Source: Cyanobacteria bacterium P01_C01_bin.118
GTDB lineage: Bacteria; Cyanobacteriota; Cyanobacteriia; Phormidesmidales; Phormidesmidaceae
Length of the DNA stretch: 64,000 bases
Assembly: GCA_039045805.1 (NCBI GenBank)
Contig: JBCCJR010000001.1
Coordinates: 317-64,316 of the forward strand
Direction: 5' to 3'
Numbering within the stretch: the first letter of the stretch is position 1; the number at the start of each line of letters is the position of its first letter. A program made the position numbers and the translations under genes. The notes beneath the pieces were generated by a model. The model saw nothing but the letters and a program-made list of their open reading frames with translations. It had not been told where the DNA came from and ran no database searches. Below are positions 19,052-31,064 of the stretch, in pieces.

Positions 19052-19942
19052 ATGATTTCGATTTTTATTTTGACCCACAATGAGGAGCGAGATATTGCGG
19101 CCTGTATTGAGTCAGCTTTGGTGTCAGATGATGTGATTGTGGTGGATTCGATCAGTAGCGATCGCACCCTACCCATCGCCCAGCAGTATCCTGTCCGCAT
19201 CGTCCAGCACGCCTTCGAAAGCCACGGCAAACAACGCACCTGGATGTTGCGCAACGTCCCCACCAAACATCAGTGGGTCTACATCCTTGAAGCCGATGAA
19301 CGCATGACACCGGAGCTGTTTCAAGAATGCATAACCGCCGCCCAGTCTGGACAGCATGTGGGCTACTACGCCGCCGAGCGGGTCATGTTTATGAACCACT
19401 GGATCCGACGCAGCACCCAGTATCCCCGCTATCAGCTGCGGTTGCTAGACAAACAACGGGTGTGGTTTGACGACTATGGCCACACTGAGCGCGAAGTGTG
19501 TGAAGGCTCCACCGGTTTTTTGCAAGCCACCTACCCCCACTACACCTGTAGCAAAGGGTTTGACCGCTGGCTCGAAAAACATAACCGCTACTCCACCGAC
19601 GAAGCTGTCGAAACCCTCCGTCAGCTATCGGACAACGGCGTTAACTGGCGTGCCCTACTATTTGGCAGCTCTGAGGTAGAACGTCGCCGCGCCCTCAAAG
19701 ACCTTTCCCTGCGGACACCATTTCGGCCCTTGGTGCGGTTTATTTATATGTATTTTTTTCTGGGCGGTATTTTAGACGGCCGCGCCGGATTTACCTGGTG
19801 TCTGCTGCAAGCTTTTTACGAATACCTGATCACCCTCAAGGTATGGGAACTTCAGCATGGATTGACCAGCGATGTTGCACCTGTCGAGACTGAAATACCA
19901 ACCGTAAAGTCAACGGTGGAAGAATTGGCAAAATCAGCCTAA
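19052..19942 (+). CDS. GT2 glycosyltransferase (beta-1,4-glucosyltransferase-like)
   Basis: ILTHNEE, VVDSISSDRT, LEADE, WLEKHNRYS, GILDGRAG. Confidence 0.9.
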   Translation: MISIFILTHNEERDIAACIESALVSDDVIVVDSISSDRTLPIAQQYPVRIVQHAFESHGKQRTWMLRNVPTKHQWVYILEADERMTPELFQECITAAQSGQHVGYYAAERVMFMNHWIRRSTQYPRYQLRLLDKQRVWFDDYGHTEREVCEGSTGFLQATYPHYTCSKGFDRWLEKHNRYSTDEAVETLRQLSDNGVNWRALLFGSSEVERRRALKDLSLRTPFRPLVRFIYMYFFLGGILDGRAGFTWCLLQAFYEYLITLKVWELQHGLTSDVAPVETEIPTVKSTVEELAKSA

Positions 19943-19943
19943 T

Positions 19944-20000
19944 GGAATTTGGAGTTCGGAATTTGCTACTTTTCTGAATTCCTAACTCCGAACTAACTCC
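19944..20000. repeat. Inverted pair of heptamer arrays (family B) just after a stop codon
   Basis: GGAATTTGGAGTTCGGAATTT ... GAATTCCTAACTCCGAACT. Confidence 0.7.
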
Positions 20001-20373
20001 CCACCATTGTAATTGGGTCAAAACACTGTCGCGAAAGCGTTACAGCTGGTCATGGTCGCTCTATAGCTGTGTTGGCTGAACTCTGGGAAAACTAATCCTG
20101 TGGTGCATTTTGGGATTGACCGTTGAACTTACAGGCACTTATCCCATGGGTGTTATTACACAACACATTTGGGGATATATGAGTTCTCTAATCAATATAC
20201 CTATCGCTAAAACGCTTGTTGCCAAACTAACTCAACCGGCTATCCGCCGGTTCTATCGCCCATAGCTGATAGTCAGCTGGCAGCGCACACCACTGGTGTG
20301 AACTACGGGCGCAGTTATACATCCAGAAAGTTAGACCCAATGGCTCTAGCCCATAGAGCGCAGCTTTTAATGT

Positions 20374-21543
20374 GTGGTTGATATGCTAGCCCAGGCCCAA
20401 TCTCTAACACAGTATCTCCTAACGCTTTCTCGACAACATCGTACCGGCGAGCTGGTGGTGGGTGCGACCACGAATGCTCCCTGGAAGCTGTACTTTTACT
20501 CGGGACGACTGATCTACGCTACCGGTGGTCAGCATTCTGTCCGGCGCTGGTATCGTTCCTTTCGTCGCCATGTAAAGCCGTTTCAAAAAAGCTGGTTTAC
20601 GGAAATGCGGATGCCTGATGATTATTGGGAGGTCGATTTTATTAACCAGGCGATCCACTGTAAGCATATTTCGCTAAATCAGGCTAAGGCGGTGATTCAA
20701 AGCATCGTGGATGAAGTGGTGCTTACTCTGGTGGACTATCCGGCAGACGATGTGCAGTGGCACCCTAATCGGATGGTGGCTCAGCAGGTGGTGTTTTTAT
20801 CGGTGCAAAGGGCATTGGTGCGATCTCAAAAAATCTATCGCCAGTGGAAAATTCTAGACCACGATGGCCACCTACCCACCCAGTTGCCCCATAAACTTCC
20901 TTATCTATCCCCCGTTGTAATTAATGCACGGGGGCTAAAGCTAAATCTCACCCCTGCTAAATATGAGCGTTTATACCGCTGGCTACAGGGCAATATCACC
21001 CTGTGGGATATGGCAGCCCAAACCAATCGCCCACTGCCCGAAGTCATCAAACTACTGCTGCCCTTGATCAATCAAGGCTGGATCGACCTGCAGGAAATCT
21101 CTGACATCCCCGCACCCTATATCCCATCTAGATCTATAACTGGGGCTAGCAAAGGGGGAACCAAGGGACTGATAGCCTGCATCGACGATAGCCCGCTGGT
21201 GAGTAAAGTCATGGCCGAACTGGTCCAACCCCTGGGCTACGAGGTGTTGCCCGTAACCAAACCGGTTGAGCAAATTTCCACACTGTCTCAGCATCAGCCG
21301 GACCTGATCTTTCTCGATATCACCATGCCCAACATTAGCGGCTATGAGCTGTGCAAGTTTTTACGCCGCACCGAAGCGTTTTATTTGACACCCATTATTA
21401 TCTTGACTGGACGGGATGGTGTGCTTGATCGGATGCGGGCAAAAATGGTCGGTGCCGATGATTTTTTGGCTAAGCCTCCGGATCCTGAGAAGGTTGCTCA
21501 GCTGTTGGAGAAACATATTCTCAAGGTTCGGGCTGAGGATTAA
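20374..21543 (+). CDS. PatA-family response regulator (PATAN/DUF4388 plus C-terminal receiver)
   Basis: TGELVV...WKLYFYSGRLIYATGGQHSVRRW; receiver IDDS, LIFLDITMP, DFLAKP. Confidence 0.9.
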   Translation: MVDMLAQAQSLTQYLLTLSRQHRTGELVVGATTNAPWKLYFYSGRLIYATGGQHSVRRWYRSFRRHVKPFQKSWFTEMRMPDDYWEVDFINQAIHCKHISLNQAKAVIQSIVDEVVLTLVDYPADDVQWHPNRMVAQQVVFLSVQRALVRSQKIYRQWKILDHDGHLPTQLPHKLPYLSPVVINARGLKLNLTPAKYERLYRWLQGNITLWDMAAQTNRPLPEVIKLLLPLINQGWIDLQEISDIPAPYIPSRSITGASKGGTKGLIACIDDSPLVSKVMAELVQPLGYEVLPVTKPVEQISTLSQHQPDLIFLDITMPNISGYELCKFLRRTEAFYLTPIIILTGRDGVLDRMRAKMVGADDFLAKPPDPEKVAQLLEKHILKVRAED

Positions 21544-21550
21544 TACCAAT

Positions 21551-21672
21551 GGAGGGTGGGCCGTGATTTGGATCGGGTGAGCCGTCATTTGGATCAGTTG
21601 GGCCGTGCCCACCCTCCGATTGCCGATTGCCCGGTGGATTGTGCCCACCGACATGCCCATTGCCCAATAGCC
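21551..21672. repeat. REPIN-like element (family A) plus ATTGCCC heptamers
   Basis: GGAGGGTGGGC (21551) ... GCCCACCCTCC (21617); then GATTGCC GATTGCC and ATGCCCATTGCCCAAT. Confidence 0.7.
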
Positions 21673-21756
21673 CTTCGGGCGTGCCTCCACGTCGTTGCGG
21701 TATGCCCATTCCCCCAATACAATTAACACCTGCACAATTTATCTGACCGCTAACCC

Positions 21757-23277
21757 ATGGCCAGCTCCCAGCCCAACGATCAAAGTCCCCGCGAGATTCG
21801 CGCTGCTCGTCTGCAAAAGGTGAATGACTTAAAACAGCTGGGACTTAATCCATATGCCTACAACTGGGATATCACCCATCAAGCTGCCGCCCTCCAGGAA
21901 AAATTTTCTGACCTACCCACCGGGGAAGAAACCGATGTAGAGGTCAGCATCGCCGGTCGCATTATGGTGCGGCGAGTATTTGGCAAACTAGCCTTTTTTA
22001 CTCTGCAGGATGAAACTGGCTCAATTCAGCTGTTTCTGGATAAAAAAACCATCCAGGCGGCTATGGCCAAGACGGATGAGCAGGCTTTTACCCACCTAAA
22101 ACAGTTAACCGACGTGGGGGACTTTATGGGGGTAAAGGGCATCATCAAGCGCACTGACAAAGGGGAGCTGTCGGTCAAAGTCAGCACCTACGCTATCCTC
22201 ACTAAGGCACTGCTGCCACTGCCAGATAAGTGGCATGGGTTGACCGATGTGGCCAAACGCTATCGGCAAAGATACGTGGATCTGATCGTCAACCCTGACG
22301 TGAGAGATACCTTTCGTAAACGCGCAAAAATTACGGCCTCTATTCGTCGCTACCTGGACCAACAAAACTTTATTGAAATTGAGACACCGGTACTGCAAAC
22401 AGAACCCGGTGGTGCGGACGCCCGACCCTTTGTTACCTATCACAACACCCTGGATATGCAGCTCTATCTGCGGATTGCGACGGAGCTGCACCTCAAACGG
22501 CTGATCGTTGGTGGCTTTGAGCGTGTGTTTGAAATGGGCCGCATCTTTCGCAATGAGGGCATTTCCACCCGCCACAATCCCGAATTTACCTCCATCGAGC
22601 TGTACCAGGCTTATGCTGATTACAACGACATGATGGACATTACCGAAGCGCTGATTGTCACTGCGGCAGAAGAGGTACTGGGCACCACCCAGATCACCTA
22701 TCAGGGAGAGGCCATCGACCTCAGCACCCCCTGGAAACGGATCACAATGCACGAAGCTGTCCAGGAGAAAACCGGTGTGGACTTTGCTGAGTTTACAGAC
22801 ATCGGCGCGGCTAAGGCGGCGGCCAAAGAAGCTGGCATACCTGGTGTCGATGACTGCGCCACTATTGGCCATATTTTGAATGAAGCCTTTGAGCAGACGG
22901 TGGAGACAACCCTGATACAGCCCACGTTTATCACTGACTACCCGGTGGAAATTTCCCCATTGGCTAAGCCCCATCGGGATAAGCCAGGGTTAGTGGAACG
23001 GTTTGAGTTATTTATTGTCGGTCGAGAAACGGCCAATAGCTTTTCAGAGTTGACTGACCCAGTGGATCAGCGTCAGCGTCTAGAGGCCCAGGCAGCCAAA
23101 AAAGCAGCGGGCGATCTCGAAGCCCACAGCTTGGACGAAGACTTTGTGACCGCCCTGGAATATGGGATGCCGCCAACGGGTGGGATGGGCATGGGGATTG
23201 ATCGCCTGGTAATGCTGCTGACCGACTCTCCCAGCATCCGTGATGTGATCGCCTTTCCGCTGCTCAAACCAGAGTAA
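21757..23277 (+). CDS. lysS: Lysine--tRNA ligase (class II)
   Basis: [50 protein letters not shown]. Confidence 0.97.
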   Translation: MASSQPNDQSPREIRAARLQKVNDLKQLGLNPYAYNWDITHQAAALQEKFSDLPTGEETDVEVSIAGRIMVRRVFGKLAFFTLQDETGSIQLFLDKKTIQAAMAKTDEQAFTHLKQLTDVGDFMGVKGIIKRTDKGELSVKVSTYAILTKALLPLPDKWHGLTDVAKRYRQRYVDLIVNPDVRDTFRKRAKITASIRRYLDQQNFIEIETPVLQTEPGGADARPFVTYHNTLDMQLYLRIATELHLKRLIVGGFERVFEMGRIFRNEGISTRHNPEFTSIELYQAYADYNDMMDITEALIVTAAEEVLGTTQITYQGEAIDLSTPWKRITMHEAVQEKTGVDFAEFTDIGAAKAAAKEAGIPGVDDCATIGHILNEAFEQTVETTLIQPTFITDYPVEISPLAKPHRDKPGLVERFELFIVGRETANSFSELTDPVDQRQRLEAQAAKKAAGDLEAHSLDEDFVTALEYGMPPTGGMGMGIDRLVMLLTDSPSIRDVIAFPLLKPE

Positions 23278-23326
23278 GGGCGATGGTAGGCAAACAGCCT
23301 GATGTATCGCCCGTCTATCCAGAAAA

Positions 23327-23400
23327 GGAATTTAGAGTTCAGAATTCGGAAGTCGGAATTCTGAACTCTCTCCCTTTCTGACTTCCGAATTCCGACTTCC
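23327..23400. repeat. Inverted heptamer arrays (family B) forming a hairpin downstream of lysS
   Basis: GAGTTCAGAATTCGGAAGTCGGAATTCTGAACTC ... GACTTCCGAATTCCGACTTCC. Confidence 0.8.
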
Positions 23401-23725
23401 ATCTTCACTCCCAGCCAAGATTTCTCAGCTCAAGTTGCTATCCTGAGAATCCATCCCGTCGGTAATAATTCTGGCCAAACTGATTAAACTAGAGAGGAGA
23501 CCGCTAAGTACATGTACCCTGATGGCAGCCTTTTACTAAAGCTAAGGGCATGCTTGTAGCATTCTTGTAGATTCACTCAGTCGCGCTCAGCCAATCTGCT
23601 GATCTATCAATGCATCTGTCTACAGCAGACACCATTTGTCTGCATCTGGCGGTTTAATGCAATCAAGGATTCGCGATTTTCCCTCGTTAAATTATATTTT
23701 ATTTAGTGAACTCGTATAAATCACT

Positions 23726-26314
23726 ATGGCTCAGTCGTCTGCAGAAAGCACGTTGGCCCGTCTATCGCAGGAGGGCACCACGCCTGGTCATCTCAAAGCT
23801 CAGGTTCAGCACTTATCTAAGCCTAGATTTATCGAGCTGCTGGAGTTAATCATTCAAGAGTTTGAATATTTTCTCAAGGCGATTAATCTGATCAATAATC
23901 AGTCTCTGGAGACGCTGCTGGAGGAGCTGCTGGAAGCATTTACTTTAAAGATTGGTCAGATTTTGCAGGCAGACCGCACTACCATCTTCATTGTGGATGG
24001 TGAAAATCGGGAACTGTGGTCTAAGGTCGCCCAAAGTGGTGAAGAAAAAGCCGTTGAAATCAGAATACCAATCAATAAAGGTATTGCTGGCTATGTAGCG
24101 GAAACTAAAAAGACCCTCAATATCCCCAATGCTTATGATGATCCTCGATTTAATCGGGCAACGGACGAAGAAACGGGATATCGCACAAAGAATATTTTGT
24201 GTATGCCTATTTTTAGCGACGACATCACCAATGTTGTTGCGGTGGTACAGCTGCTCAATAAAATTGGCGGCGATCGATTTACCCACGAAGATGAAAAGGA
24301 GTTTGAATCTTTTGCCCGCTCCATTGGGGTGTTGCTGGAAAGCTGTAATTCTTTCTACACAGCGGCACGCACCCAAAAAGGGCTAAATGCGTTACTCAAT
24401 GCGATTTCATCCCTGGAACAAAGTTTAGAACTAGAGGTGACGCTGCAGTCGGTTATGGCAGAGGCACAGAAGCTGATGCAGGCGGACCGCAGCACCATCT
24501 GGCTGATGGATGGTAATGAGCTTTGGTCCAAGGTGCAGAGCGCTGATCGAACCGAACTGGTAGAGCTGCGCCAGGCTAATGATCAAGACAGCATTGTGGG
24601 CTATGTTGCCTCCACTGGAGAGACTCTAAATATCCCTGATGCTTACAAGGACAGCCGGTTTGATAGTTCGGCGGACGATCGCACAGGCTACCGCACCCAT
24701 AGCATTTTATGTATGCCTGTGTTTAATTCATCAGGGCAGATTATGGGGGTGACCCAGCTGATCAATAAGGCCCAGGGCTCTTTTACTCGCTCCGATGAAT
24801 CCTTTATGAGAGCGTTTAATACCCAGGCAGGAATTGCCCTAGAAAATGCTCAGCTGTTTGAAAATGTGATGCTGGAAAAGCAGTATCAAAAGGACATTTT
24901 GCAGAGTCTCTCCGATGCGGTGATTTCGACGGATATGGGGGGCCGCATTGTCACCATAAACGAGGCTGCCTTAAATCTATTGGGATGTCCGACGGTGACA
25001 GCCGATCAGGATGAGGACGCCGGACGCCGCATTAAGCAAGCATGGGAAGAACTTTTAGTGGGGCGTTTGATTTGGGAGATAGTCCCCATTGAGCGTTTAA
25101 AATCCAGACTTGCCGATAGTTTGGAGTTTGGCTCCGAGCAGTATGTGCCAGAACAAACCCTCCAGGTGGCTGTGGCGATAATGGACGGTCAGCAGTCTCT
25201 GTTAGTGCCAGTGGAGATCCGACGCAAAACGTCCACACTGTTTCCATCTAAACAAGAGGATGCAACCTCTGAACGCTATTACCTTTGGGGGCACCCCAAA
25301 CAACCAGTTACTGGGCCCAAGAACCTACAGCAGTTGGAGCACAGCATCAACCTGACGGTAAATCCCCTAACGGCCCCAGGTGGGGGTGTCAGGGGTGGCC
25401 TGGTGGTGCTGGAGGACATCAGTCAAGAAAAGCGGATGAAGACCACCCTGTATCGCTATATGACTCCCAGTGTGGCGGATCAGGTGATGGCCCTAGGGGA
25501 AGATTCGCTGATGGTGGGTAAGCGTCGCGATGTAACAGTGCTGTTTTCGGATATTCGCGGCTACACCACATTGACCGAGAGCCTGGAAGCCTCCCAGGTG
25601 GTATCGATGCTCAATGACTATTTTGAAACCATGGTGGAGGCGGTGTTTAACCATCAAGGGACTTTGGATAAGTTTATCGGCGATGCCTTGATGGCCGTGT
25701 TTGGCGCACCACTGCCGCTTGAGAACCATGGTTGGTCAGCGGTGGAAGCGGCTTTAGATATGCGGGAACGGCTGGTGCACTTTAATCGTGCTCGCCAGGC
25801 AGCTGGTCAACCAGAAATCAATATCGGCATCGGTCTCAGTTCTGGAGAGGTGGTTTCTGGCAATATTGGCTCCCGTAAAAAAATGGAGTATACGGTGATT
25901 GGCGATGGGGTAAATCTTAGCTCCCGGCTAGAGGGGGCGACCAAGCAATACGGCTGCGACATTGTCATGAGCGAGCACACCTATGATCGCTGCCGCGACC
26001 TGGTTTGGGTGCGAGAGCTAGACCTGACTCGGGTAAAGGGTAAGACTAAACCCGTGAAAATTTATGAGCTGATCGGCAGTCGGCAAAACCATAAGCTGGA
26101 TGAACAGACGCAAAACTTTTTAGATCTGTATCATCAGGGCCGCAAAGCCTATACCTCTCAAAAATTTACCCGCGCCCTGGAAATATTTACCCGCGCCAAA
26201 GTGATGCGTCCCTACGATAAGGCGGTGGATGTACATATTGGCCGTATCCATGCCTATTTGGAGAATCCGCCACCGGCTGATTGGGATGGGGTGTATGTGA
26301 TGAAGACGAAGTAG
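23726..26314 (+). CDS. Class III adenylate cyclase, GAF-GAF-PAS-CHD (CyaB1/B2 type)
   Basis: Two GAF domains (DDPRFN...DEETGYRT; DSRFD...DDRTGYRT; NK..F...DE), PAS, FSDIRGYT, DKFIGDA, YTVIGDGVNLSSRLE. Confidence 0.93.
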   Translation: MAQSSAESTLARLSQEGTTPGHLKAQVQHLSKPRFIELLELIIQEFEYFLKAINLINNQSLETLLEELLEAFTLKIGQILQADRTTIFIVDGENRELWSKVAQSGEEKAVEIRIPINKGIAGYVAETKKTLNIPNAYDDPRFNRATDEETGYRTKNILCMPIFSDDITNVVAVVQLLNKIGGDRFTHEDEKEFESFARSIGVLLESCNSFYTAARTQKGLNALLNAISSLEQSLELEVTLQSVMAEAQKLMQADRSTIWLMDGNELWSKVQSADRTELVELRQANDQDSIVGYVASTGETLNIPDAYKDSRFDSSADDRTGYRTHSILCMPVFNSSGQIMGVTQLINKAQGSFTRSDESFMRAFNTQAGIALENAQLFENVMLEKQYQKDILQSLSDAVISTDMGGRIVTINEAALNLLGCPTVTADQDEDAGRRIKQAWEELLVGRLIWEIVPIERLKSRLADSLEFGSEQYVPEQTLQVAVAIMDGQQSLLVPVEIRRKTSTLFPSKQEDATSERYYLWGHPKQPVTGPKNLQQLEHSINLTVNPLTAPGGGVRGGLVVLEDISQEKRMKTTLYRYMTPSVADQVMALGEDSLMVGKRRDVTVLFSDIRGYTTLTESLEASQVVSMLNDYFETMVEAVFNHQGTLDKFIGDALMAVFGAPLPLENHGWSAVEAALDMRERLVHFNRARQAAGQPEINIGIGLSSGEVVSGNIGSRKKMEYTVIGDGVNLSSRLEGATKQYGCDIVMSEHTYDRCRDLVWVRELDLTRVKGKTKPVKIYELIGSRQNHKLDEQTQNFLDLYHQGRKAYTSQKFTRALEIFTRAKVMRPYDKAVDVHIGRIHAYLENPPPADWDGVYVMKTK

Positions 26315-26369
26315 GGGAGTGGCATTCCCACGCTAAAATAAGCGATGCAATTTTCCAGGGCAGACCCTT

Positions 26370-27098
26370 ATGGTTGAGCGGCAAAAGCTTTACGAAGGCA
26401 AGGCAAAAATTCTCTATGCCACCGAGGATCCGACGGTACTGGTTACCTACTTCAAGGATGATGCGACGGCATTTAATGCTCAAAAGCGAGGCACCATCGC
26501 CAATAAGGGCCGGATTAATAATGCGGTGTCCACCCATTTGTTTAAGCTGCTAGAGGCCCAGGGGGTAGCCACTCATTGGATTGATTCTCCCAATGAGCGC
26601 GAGATGCGGGTAAGACCGGTGACCATTGTGCCTTTGGAGGTGGTAGTTCGTAACCTGGCAGCAGGGAGCCTATGCCGTCAGACGGGGATGGAGCTGGGGA
26701 CGCCGTTGACGCCCTCTTTGGTGGAGTTTTACTACAAAAATGATGAGCTAGGGGACCCGCTGCTGACTCGCGATCGCATTCGGGCCATGCAGATTGCTAG
26801 CGACGAGACCGTAGCTCAGCTAGACCAAATGGCTCGCCGCATCAATCAGATGCTAACGGACTTTTTCAACAGCTGTAGCATTACCCTGGTGGACTTCAAA
26901 CTGGAGTTTGGCACCCTGGCGGACGGCACCCTGGTACTGGCGGACGAAATCAGCCCCGACACCTGCCGTCTCTGGAATCAGAACGAAACCGATGAATCCC
27001 GCCGAGTCATGGATAAAGACCGATTTCGTCAGGATTTGGGCGACGTAGAGTCAGGCTATCAGCAGGTGTTAGATCGAATTCTGGCACATACAAATTGA
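26370..27098 (+). CDS. purC: SAICAR synthase
   Basis: LYEGKAK, FKDDATAFN, LVDFKLEFG, LADEISPDTCRLW. Confidence 0.97.
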   Translation: MVERQKLYEGKAKILYATEDPTVLVTYFKDDATAFNAQKRGTIANKGRINNAVSTHLFKLLEAQGVATHWIDSPNEREMRVRPVTIVPLEVVVRNLAAGSLCRQTGMELGTPLTPSLVEFYYKNDELGDPLLTRDRIRAMQIASDETVAQLDQMARRINQMLTDFFNSCSITLVDFKLEFGTLADGTLVLADEISPDTCRLWNQNETDESRRVMDKDRFRQDLGDVESGYQQVLDRILAHTN

Positions 27099-27325
27099 GT
27101 ACTGAGGGAGACAGTGCGGTAGAATCTTTCAGAAAATATTAAATTCTGTTCACCTTTTGCCGAGTGCGATAAAAGTGGCATTCGATTAAAGGATTGGGAG
27201 TACTGCAGCCGTGGTCAGAGCAGCCGCAACTACAGACTTCCAGGCTCAATTTAGTGTATTTCATTAACAGTGGCTTAAAGCCTCTGTTCCCCGTGGTGTA
27301 AGGAGTACGTTTACAAAGACCGCCT

Positions 27326-29569
27326 ATGCGTTTTTCGCCGACTCTATTGGCTTGTTGCACCGTTGCGACATTGTTTGGGTTGCCTGTGTTTGCAGCAAAT
27401 GCGACCGAAGTTGAATCCTCGACGACTGATGAACTAGCCGACGATACCCAACTATCCGCCGCCGCCATTCAGACTGAACTAGCTGACGATGCAGAAAACG
27501 GTCTAGAAGGGACGCTGTCGCCTGAAACCGTAGTAATTCCAGTGCAGGGCTCAGGAGCAGCAACTGAAACAGAGATAATAGCCCCCGATGATGCCGCCAC
27601 GGCTAATGTAAAGCTGGCTCAAGATGACAGCACAGAAACCCGTGAGGAAACGCTGCAAAGGTTGCTAGAAGGCATTAACCAGCCTGCTGAACCGGTACTG
27701 GTGGAGGAAGAGCCAGCCCCTGAACCACCAGCGGCAGAAACCCCCACCCCCCCCGAGGATAGACCAGTAGCCGACGAGGACGAAGAGGTTCAGGTGCTGG
27801 TGGCTGAGCTGGAGGTGGTTACCCTCGATGGCAGTCCTCTAGATCCAGAACTTGAGGATGTCGCCTATCAGGCAATTACCTTACGTCCTGGCCGCCCTGC
27901 CACTCGTAGTCAGCTGCAGGAAGACATCAACAATGTTTTTGCCACTGGATTTTTTGCCAATGTAAGGGCCAGACCCGAGGACACAGATTTAGGCGTACGG
28001 GTCACCTTTGGTGTCCAGCCTAACCCCATCTTGACTGGCGTGGATGTCCGCACAGATGGCGAAGAAGATATTCTCTCCCAGGAAAAAGTCGATGAGTTTT
28101 TTGGCGATCAATACGGCCAAATTCTTAACCTGATCGACTTTCAGGACAGCATTTTAGAACTGAATGAATGGTATCGCGACCAGGGGTATGTGCTGGCTCA
28201 GGTGACCGCCGCACCTCAGGTTTCAGATTCGGGAGTAGCAACGCTGATTGTAGCTGAGGGTGTAGTAGAGGAGATTGAGGTTCGCTACATTGATGAAGAT
28301 GGCAACGAAGTGGATGACGAAGGAGAACCCATTGACGGCAAAACTCGGCCCTTTATCATCACCCGTGAATTTGAAACTCAGCCTGGGGATGTGTTCCAGC
28401 AAAATCGCATTCAAGCTGATCTGGAGCGAGTATTTGGGTTAGGTATTTTTGATGATGTGCGGCTCTCCCTGGACCCCGGTGATGAAGATCCTCGTAAAGT
28501 CAAGGTAGTGGTCAACGTAGACGAGGGCAATACCGGCTCGGTCGGTGCAGCCGTTGGTTTTAACCTTCGAGGTGATGTGTTTGGTAGCGTCAGCTATCAG
28601 CAGGACAACCTGGGGGGAAACAACCAAAGCTTGCGCACAGAATTCCAGCTGAGTGAAAGTGAACTGTTGTTTGATGTGGGCTTCACTGACCCCTGGATTG
28701 CTGGTGACCCTCACCGCACATCCTATACGGTGAATGGCTTTAACCGTCGTTCAATTTCTCTCATCTTTGATGGCGGCGATGTCGATGTTGATCTGCCCAA
28801 TGGTGATACTCCCCGAGTTAATCGTCTGGGTGGAGGCGTTACCTTTGGTCGCCCCTTAGACAACGGTTGGAGTGGTTCTGTCGGGCTGGAATACCAGCGG
28901 GTGTCTATTCGAGATAGCGATGGTGACCTGTCTCCAGTAGACCAGTTTGGCAACGAGTTGAGCTTTAGCGGTGACGGACGCGACGATTTGCTAAGCGTGC
29001 CGGTAAGCTTTGTTTGGGACCAGCGTAATAGTCCTGTGGCCCCCACCAGCGGTAGTCTCCTGCGTCTGGGGTCAGAACAAACCATTCCGGTGGGTAAGGG
29101 GACTATTTTCTTTAACCGTGTTCGGGCTAGCTACAGTCGTTATTTACCAGTACAGTTCTTTAGGTCTCGCGAAGGGCAAACTATTGCCCTCAATGTCCAG
29201 GGGGGAACCGTGATTGGTGACTTGCCTCCCTATGAGGCGTTTTCCTTAGGCGGGACAAATTCGGTACGAGGATTTGACGAAGGAGATGTTGGCAGCGGGC
29301 GTTCTTTTGTGCAGGCCACGGCTGAATATCGTTTCCCCTTGTTTACCTCCTTCCTGGGCGGGGCTTTATTTGTTGATTATGCGTCTGATTTGGGTTCTGG
29401 CACTGATGTTCCCGGCGATCCAGCTGAGATTCGGGGCAAGCCTGGTGACGGCTTTGGCTATGGTGCAGGCATCCGCGTGCAGACACCGTTAGGAGCGCTG
29501 CGTTTAGATTATGGTTTTGGTGACGATGGTGATGGTCGCATTCACTTTGGTATTGGAGAACGCTTCTAA
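27326..29569 (+). CDS. Omp85/BamA outer-membrane protein
   Basis: Signal peptide, acidic Pro-rich N-terminus, POTRA domains, [10 protein letters not shown]-terminal HFGIGERF. Confidence 0.93.
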   Translation: MRFSPTLLACCTVATLFGLPVFAANATEVESSTTDELADDTQLSAAAIQTELADDAENGLEGTLSPETVVIPVQGSGAATETEIIAPDDAATANVKLAQDDSTETREETLQRLLEGINQPAEPVLVEEEPAPEPPAAETPTPPEDRPVADEDEEVQVLVAELEVVTLDGSPLDPELEDVAYQAITLRPGRPATRSQLQEDINNVFATGFFANVRARPEDTDLGVRVTFGVQPNPILTGVDVRTDGEEDILSQEKVDEFFGDQYGQILNLIDFQDSILELNEWYRDQGYVLAQVTAAPQVSDSGVATLIVAEGVVEEIEVRYIDEDGNEVDDEGEPIDGKTRPFIITREFETQPGDVFQQNRIQADLERVFGLGIFDDVRLSLDPGDEDPRKVKVVVNVDEGNTGSVGAAVGFNLRGDVFGSVSYQQDNLGGNNQSLRTEFQLSESELLFDVGFTDPWIAGDPHRTSYTVNGFNRRSISLIFDGGDVDVDLPNGDTPRVNRLGGGVTFGRPLDNGWSGSVGLEYQRVSIRDSDGDLSPVDQFGNELSFSGDGRDDLLSVPVSFVWDQRNSPVAPTSGSLLRLGSEQTIPVGKGTIFFNRVRASYSRYLPVQFFRSREGQTIALNVQGGTVIGDLPPYEAFSLGGTNSVRGFDEGDVGSGRSFVQATAEYRFPLFTSFLGGALFVDYASDLGSGTDVPGDPAEIRGKPGDGFGYGAGIRVQTPLGALRLDYGFGDDGDGRIHFGIGERF

Positions 29570-30426
29570 TGGCGACGGCAGGGGTGCAGCGGACTCTAGC
29601 GGCCCCTGTTACCTGTGCAGGCGTGGGACTACATTTGGGCCAAACCACCCAGGTCAACGTCTTACCAGCGGAGGTTAACAGCGGGCGTTACTTTGTACGC
29701 ACTGATGTGGGAGATGAGGTAATTCCGGCGACGGTAGCGGCGGTGAGTCAAACCCGTCTGTCTACTCAGCTGGGAGCGTCAGAACAGCAAGTACGAACGG
29801 TAGAACATTTACTGGCCGCTCTCTGGGCCGCAGGGGTGGACAATGCTCGGATCGAAATTGATGGTCCAGAATTGCCCCTGATGGATGGCTCTGCCCAGGA
29901 TTGGAGCAGTTTAATCCAGACAGCTGGAACGATGGAGCAAGGTGTGCCCCGTCAGCAGAGAGAACTGGCTGAGCCCGTGATCGTCCGCGATGGGGATGCC
30001 TATGTGATGGCAGTGCCCTCATCGGAGCTGCGATTTAGCTATGGCATTGACTTTCCGGTGGCGGCCATTGGTAATCAGTGGCATAGCTGGTCTCCGAGCA
30101 CTCAAGATTTTGAGTCCCAGGTCGCACCGGCCCGCACCTTTGCCATGGCCCATCACATTGAGGGTTTGAGATCGCAAGGTCTGATCAAAGGAGGCAGTCT
30201 GGAAAATGCTCTGGTTTGCGATCGCGATGGCTGGTTGAATCCACCCCTGCGATTTGCAAATGAACCGGCACGTCATAAACTTTTAGACTTAGTAGGGGAT
30301 CTCAGTTTATTAGGTGTTCTCCCTACGATGCATGTGACCGCTTATCGAGCTAGTCACAGTTTGCATGTACAGTTGGCCCATCAGCTAGCCGACTATTTGC
30401 ACCACAAATCCCCCCCTCCCAGATAA
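29569..30426 (+). CDS. lpxC: UDP-3-O-acyl-GlcNAc deacetylase
   Basis: [24 protein letters not shown]; TAATG overlap with the Omp85 gene. Confidence 0.95.
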   Translation: MATAGVQRTLAAPVTCAGVGLHLGQTTQVNVLPAEVNSGRYFVRTDVGDEVIPATVAAVSQTRLSTQLGASEQQVRTVEHLLAALWAAGVDNARIEIDGPELPLMDGSAQDWSSLIQTAGTMEQGVPRQQRELAEPVIVRDGDAYVMAVPSSELRFSYGIDFPVAAIGNQWHSWSPSTQDFESQVAPARTFAMAHHIEGLRSQGLIKGGSLENALVCDRDGWLNPPLRFANEPARHKLLDLVGDLSLLGVLPTMHVTAYRASHSLHVQLAHQLADYLHHKSPPPR

Positions 30427-30546
30427 AGCCTTGAGTTTTCCCCTGGAAAAACTCTACAGTTTTGGATGTGGACGAGGGTTTAACCAGGCTTTAACCAGCT
30501 TTTGGTTAGCCGAGAACACCTACGCCGTCGCTGTTAATAAAAGTCT

Positions 30547-31050
30547 ATGGCCACCGTTATTCAAGATAAAGCTCATACTACCCAGGACTCTCAACCGGCG
30601 ACCGCCGAGAATCCTGCCCCTACGACATTCACCCTAGAGGAAATCCAGGCGTTGTTACCCCACCGGTACCCGTTTGCCCTGGTTGATCGCATTGTTGACT
30701 ATGTTCCTGGCAAACAGGCAGTGGGGCTAAAAAATGTCACGTTCAATGAACCACACTTCCAAGGACACTTTCCAGGACGTCCTATTATGCCGGGGGTGCT
30801 GATTGTTGAAGCCATGGCCCAGGTCGGTGGAATTGTGCTCACCCAAATGCCTGGAGTCAACGGTCTGTGCATGTTTGCCGGCATCGACAAAGTTCGCTTT
30901 CGACGGCCAGTTGTGCCAGGTGACCAGCTGGTCATTACGACAGAATTGCTCAGCGTACGCGGGCTAAAATTCGGCAAAATGCAGGCCAAGGCTGAAGTTG
31001 ACGGTCAACTGGTGTGCGAAGGGACTCTGATGTTTTCTGTGGTTGAATAA
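30547..31050 (+). CDS. fabZ: 3-hydroxyacyl-ACP dehydratase
   Basis: [31 protein letters not shown]. Confidence 0.96.
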   Translation: MATVIQDKAHTTQDSQPATAENPAPTTFTLEEIQALLPHRYPFALVDRIVDYVPGKQAVGLKNVTFNEPHFQGHFPGRPIMPGVLIVEAMAQVGGIVLTQMPGVNGLCMFAGIDKVRFRRPVVPGDQLVITTELLSVRGLKFGKMQAKAEVDGQLVCEGTLMFSVVE

Positions 31051-31064
31051 ACGTACCCAAACCG

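Noticed and set aside
22105-22974. 289-aa antisense ORF inside lysS (and similar shadow ORFs throughout)
   Set aside because: Fully nested opposite a conserved gene; explained by codon bias
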